Source: Tubulanus polymorphus (taxonomy: Eukaryota > Animalia > Nemertea). From it: 64,000 nucleotides of DNA. The stretch is from positions 20,839,910 through 20,903,909 of the forward strand of contig NC_134031.1 of NCBI RefSeq assembly GCF_964204645.1. Direction: 5' to 3'. Positions 49,301 to 64,000 of this stretch are shown here, piece after piece (the stretch's first letter is position 1; the number at the start of each line of letters is the position of its first letter). Both the position numbers and the translations under genes were made by a program. The notes under the pieces are model-generated. The model ran no database searches. It was not told the origin of the DNA and saw only the letters and a list, made by a program, of their open reading frames with translations.

Positions 49301-51538
49301 CACGCTCATAAAGTATTCTTACTGTTAACGTATTCACCTCTCGGCGCGTTGCCACTCGGCGTCGTCGTGACTACGTCAGACAGCGTCGACACGCTGATAT
49401 TCGCGTTCGACTTATACAAATCACTGCTGACCGATAATGATTTCTACAGTCGAGGAGAAAGTGGACCGGTATTATTTATCACAGACAACCACGAGGCGTT
49501 GAGGACGGCTTTACGTAACGCGTGGCCGACTGCGTTGTTGTTTCTATGCGTGATTCATCTGTTGCAGGGAATGCGCCGTTGGTTGTGGAATGGCGGCGCC
49601 ACGATCGGTATCGACGCCAACGCGCGCGCCGAGATACTCTATCGATTACGTGACATGTTGTATCCGGAAAACGACGAACAACTCGACGAGATTTACGCGG
49701 AATCGGTCGCGAGGTGGTCGCACGAGTATCCGCGATTAGTCGAACAGTTACGGGATATCTACGACGACCGCGCCACCTGGGCGAATAACTACAGCGAACC
49801 GATGATGCGTATCGTGAAAGATAAAATCTTCGAACGTTTAAAACAATTCAATATGATTCAGTTGATAGACGTTATTACAACGCGATGGGACTGCGATTTG
49901 AAGAAACGATTGATCGATGCAGCCAACAAACGACTTGCGCCGAATCCGAAGTATTTCCCCGTCGATGCAGAAATCAATGAGGATGCAATTATCCAGGTAT
50001 TAAAATATATAAAGTTAAAGTCCTTTTTCTTTACGATGTTCTGCTTACTGAATACAAGCACTTTCTGAGAACAAGAGCAGATTCAGGCGTTTTATAAAAT
50101 TTAAACTCAAAATTTCGAGAGAAGCTCATTTATCTGAGTTATACTTAATCCTCAATAATAAACTGCAGCTTATGGTATTTCTTCATTCCCAATAATTGAT
50201 GAAACTCTGAAGTCGGGACTCATCCCGGATTTTATCAAAAAGGCTACTGTAAATGTCATAAATGTATGTGTACAGTTGAACATCGTTATAAACAGTGTGT
50301 TATTTATTACATAGATGAAAGATAATGGTAGGGAAAAGCAATTATTTTTCCCGAGGTTTTTATTTCCCTTGTTCATTGTAAATGATATTTCACTGTAAGC
50401 GATTTCATTGTAACGAGGTTCTACTGTAGTGGATCATGTGTAAGGTATCTTAGTCGAGGATTATCATTACATTGATGAAACTGATCAAAAGCTCGTCGGG
50501 CACAAATTTGGACTAGGAAAAAAATATATATACTTATAATTTTTTATGATAAAATGATATATTTTGAACTTCTTTTAATTTAGGTTACCAATAAAATATT
50601 CAAAGTGCCTAGTTTTAGAAAACCAGGGATGATTTACGACGTTGATATGGAATTCGGGCTTTGTACGTGTACGATCGGCAGCACTGGTGGACCTTGTAAG
50701 CACCAAGGCATCGTTATGACGAAATACGGCGTTAAAACCTTCGATTCAGAGTCCGAGATTCTTCGGTTTGAACAACAGCAGTTTTATGAAATTGCGACAG
50801 GTAAAACATTTCATTCAGAATACCATAAAACAACCATTTATTGTAATCAAGTTTATGAGGGATAATTCTGAAATGAATCACTTTGTAGTGTGTCCTATGT
50901 TTGTGGAAAGATATCGCGTATATGATGTCATATTGTGCTGTTATACAGTAATTTAATTCAGCTGCCTCCAGATAAAGAAAATCAGTTTGGGTTATGGCAT
51001 CCCCATAACCAATGGCATCCCTGTTGTGAAATGAAATTTGAAAGATTTATGCAACGGACCGGTTGCCTTGGAACCCACGATTAATTTTCTCCCTGAGACG
51101 AGCAAAATCCTGGGCAGTCGAAGCTATGATGAGTCAATATCAAATCTATTTATTGATTATTTTTTAGGAGATCCAGATTTCGTAGTGAACAATGATGAGA
51201 ATGTAAATGAACGCAATCACGTCGACCTGAAAGCTGATTTTAAGTCTGGAAATGAACGTTCTACCGGTTGTGAGTCGGAAGATGAACTTTCTCTCGTTTT
51301 GGAATCATTAGATGACGTATTTAAAAATATAAAACAGAACGTCTTGCGGAATCCCGATGTTTTTCTGGAGCCGGTTCGCAATTTCGTGAAAACGTACCTC
51401 GAAGAATCTCCAATCACCGCTCTTCAACTGGCGGAAACGTTAGCAGCGCCTTCATCGCTAACGACGACGACGACAACAAATGGTGAATCGGTCGGAGTTC
51501 GGTCTGTTGTTAAACGCCGACGCGTTGACTCGCAATAA
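46363..51538 (+). CDS. Mutator (MULE) transposase-derived protein with SWIM zinc finger, intact 7-exon gene of about 735 aa, probably domesticated
   Basis: Exons 46363-46416, 46767-46964, 47127-47266, 48416-48685, 49039-49996, 50584-50800 and 51168-51538 splice in frame to 2208 nt. RCQH..SKNTNCPA..HNH is a WRKY/GCM1-FAR1-like DBD. ALPLG, FITD, LCVIH (CxxH) and NNYSE mark the MULE core. CTCTIGSTGGPCKH is SWIM. KRRR is NLS-like. Confidence 0.88.
47713..48168. repeat. 57-bp minisatellite, 8 copies, each containing the telomere-like TAGGGTTAGGGTTAG
   Basis: Unit tgacctagggttagggttagctggcagtcatgagaggttgtgatgtcactggtcacc starts at 47713, 47770, 47827, 47884, 47941, 47998, 48055 and 48112, in intron 3 of the MULE-derived gene. 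Confidence 0.97.
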
Positions 51539-53018
51539 TCATAATGTGAATGAAAATAACAGCTAAATGCATCTTTGATCTCGACGCTTCTTCCATCTGT
51601 CCTGATACTGTTGTAACCTAAATACAAAATCAAATCCGAAAGTCCTACTTTGTACAGTAAAACCTTCTTAATTTCAGATCATTCGGAACCAATGTAAATA
51701 AATCTATTTCAACAACGGTTTTGGAGTTGTTTGGATCAGAAATGTGAATGTAGCAAAATGTTGACATCATAAAAGACGATTAATTTCTCCTGTTGTTATG
51801 GTTTCACTGAACGCGTTTATAGTATTTTGAATGTAATTATGTAAAACATTATCCAGTGTATATGAGGATTATGTAACTGGTAAACAAATCATTTATTTTT
51901 TTGTCTCAGTCTTAATTTCTATAGCGATCAGGCTTATATGATGATTTATTTTTGATGGGGTCAACAGGATTGTATGTATTTGACATATAACGGTGTATTA
52001 TACTGTACTGAAGAAGAATGAACGATATAAAAACTTTTTACAAGAATTGCGAATTATCTTGATTTATTGATTTATCTATCTAATAGGATGATCTAACAAG
52101 CATTTGAGGTAAAGGGAAAACGTGAAGAAGGACTGCAAGGTTACTAAGAGTAGTTGCAGTAGACTACTACCGGTATCGACTAAGTGTTACCGGCATAGAC
52201 TAATGATGGTATCAAATTTTTGGATTTTTTCAATTTGACCTGATTGTTGTCAATTTTTCCCCGACTCGACTAGAGATACGCCGCATCTGGGATTAGACTC
52301 GAGCAACGGATGTCGTGATTCAGATATTACCGGAGCAACCCCATTCTTGTCGCAGAATTAGTGAGGTGGTTTAAGGCATTTTCCAGTTGATTATGCAGCC
52401 CTAATTTGTGTCTCATCTATCAAATATGTTGTGTAATCTTCTTGTCACCTGCTGGTCATGTCGCCTGAATTTTATATAACCATCTTAACTTATTGTTTTA
52501 TGTATCCAATTCAATTCAATATAATTTATTCATCGACCTGCTATTTGGAATTTTACTACGATTTTCCTAACAATAAATAATGGGCAAAAAGAGAAATTAG
52601 TATCTCAATCGGTGTAACAGTTAAGTCCAACAATGAATTATAGTTTAAGGAATCCAAATCTGCAACAATCTAATCGGCATCCTCAATTACATCCCTGGCA
52701 TCATCCGTAACCATGGATACAGTGCCTTTCACAAAAAGTGGACGCCACAATCTCAAATTATCGACAAACAACAAACAATTTTTCATTTAAAAACCGTTCA
52801 ATCTCTATTCATTCAACACGATGTCGATGATGTGATTTACTTGATGTGTTTTTATTTATAATTTGTTCGTGTGACACTTGATTTCTAATATTATCAGAAT
52901 ACAAATATTTCATGATCGTTAATTAATGACTGCGTAACTGGGAAGTCATGAATATTTTTTTCTTTTTCAGTTTAACAATGAATATGATGATGGCACAGTG
53001 AATTCACACGCCGCAACT

Positions 53019-62974
<9,956 letters not shown>

Positions 62975-63581
62975 GTAAGTCTGTTTCAACATTAATAGAA
63001 ATCTATTTTCATATACATGTACAAATACTAGCGAAGAACCCGTCGTCCAAGGACGAGTTTTATGATCGAATTCGACTTCATTATTCTGCTTCACAGGTAT
63101 TGATGGAAGGAGGATGAGCCCTATTGTTATTGGCATATATTCAGCACCTATTCACCACTGGCAGGTCTGAGAGCAAACCATCTATTAATTCTACCTTATG
63201 TTATAGTGTCAGGCTTTAGACAATCCCGTTGGGGGTGTGGTCGTCCCACTCCACAGTGCCTTTGATTTTTTTACTATTGCTAAGGGTCTCAATCCTCTTC
63301 CAGGATATTTTTATAAAGATAATCAGCTACATTTTCACACTTGAAACATTGATAAGTAGGGGAGGTGTAGGCATCACTGGCATCTTCCGATCCAGGCAGT
63401 CCGATCCAGACTATCCTTTATATAATGGCTGGGCTGACGACATTTATAACGTATATACTGTCACCACTTTTTTCTTCTCAGTTCATCATCCATTTTGGAC
63501 ACCTTGGCGACAAGTTCTCGCAACGCAACCTGTCCAGCTTTTGCTCTAAATTTGCCTCGAAATCTCGATCATTATTAATTA

Positions 63582-64000
63582 TTATTTTGTCATCACCCAT
63601 AAGGGTGGGTACATGTTAATGTTATAGACACTAAGTGCGTTCTTTTTATTACCTCTAGAATAGTGACAGTGACGGATAACTACAGTGTTACTGTCACATA
63701 CTTGATGTATCTCGCATACCTCACTGTTTGTAGAGTTTAATACTATACGCGGGTGACCTATAAACCCTTCATCATTATATCCAATGCTTATCACTGCTCC
63801 TTTATTACCGGTCATAGGGTTTACTGATAATAATACGTGTTTGTCACTTATAACACATGGGTATCCCCACACTGGATCAAACTTTAGTCCACAATCCTTT
63901 AGATCGATAGAACTGATAAGTTTTGCTTGAGATGTTAGATTCAGTAATCTACGGGTACGCTTGCAATAAATGAACATCCGTCCCCGTGAATCAACATCGA
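63582..64000 (-). CDS. Nested antisense ORF, NHL-repeat/beta-propeller-like (TRIM-NHL-type C-terminus), 5' part outside window; may be a pseudogene
   Basis: Frame is open from the window edge: DVDSRGRMFIYCKRTRRLLNLTSQAKLISSIDLKDCGL resembles an NHL blade. It lies inside the TRPM intron that starts at 62975. Confidence 0.45.
   Translation of the reverse strand, partial: DVDSRGRMFIYCKRTRRLLNLTSQAKLISSIDLKDCGLKFDPVWGYPCVISDKHVLLSVNPMTGNKGAVISIGYNDEGFIGHPRIVLNSTNSEVCEIHQVCDSNTVVIRHCHYSRGNKKNALSVYNINMYPPLWVMTK

Overview
AT-rich, gene-dense region of an invertebrate animal genome with short spliceosomal introns. It is not prokaryotic and contains no CRISPR array or rRNA. I reconstructed eight spliced genes by hand: the 3' part of an NRF-6/acyltransferase-3 gene (+), a small EGF/FN3-like single-pass membrane protein (-), a matrin/U1-type zinc-finger protein (+), SCYL3 (+), a highly divergent STAT (+), PPP1R7/sds22 (-), a Mutator (MULE)/SWIM transposase-derived gene (+), and a TRPM2-like channel (+, runs off the window) with an antisense NHL-like ORF in its last visible intron. 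Introns and UTRs carry many MITEs, tRNA-derived SINEs, a piggyBac relic and minisatellites. Three observations stand out. (1) An intact, probably catalytically dead, domesticated MULE transposase starts only 77 bp from the PPP1R7 start codon. (2) The divergent STAT has two helically phased kappaB sites upstream. (3) An 8 x 55-bp array duplicates a STAT exon/intron junction, so that the duplicated units each read as a complete in-frame micro-exon cassette. All exon boundaries are manual and unverified by transcript data, and family assignments rest on recalled motifs rather than database searches.
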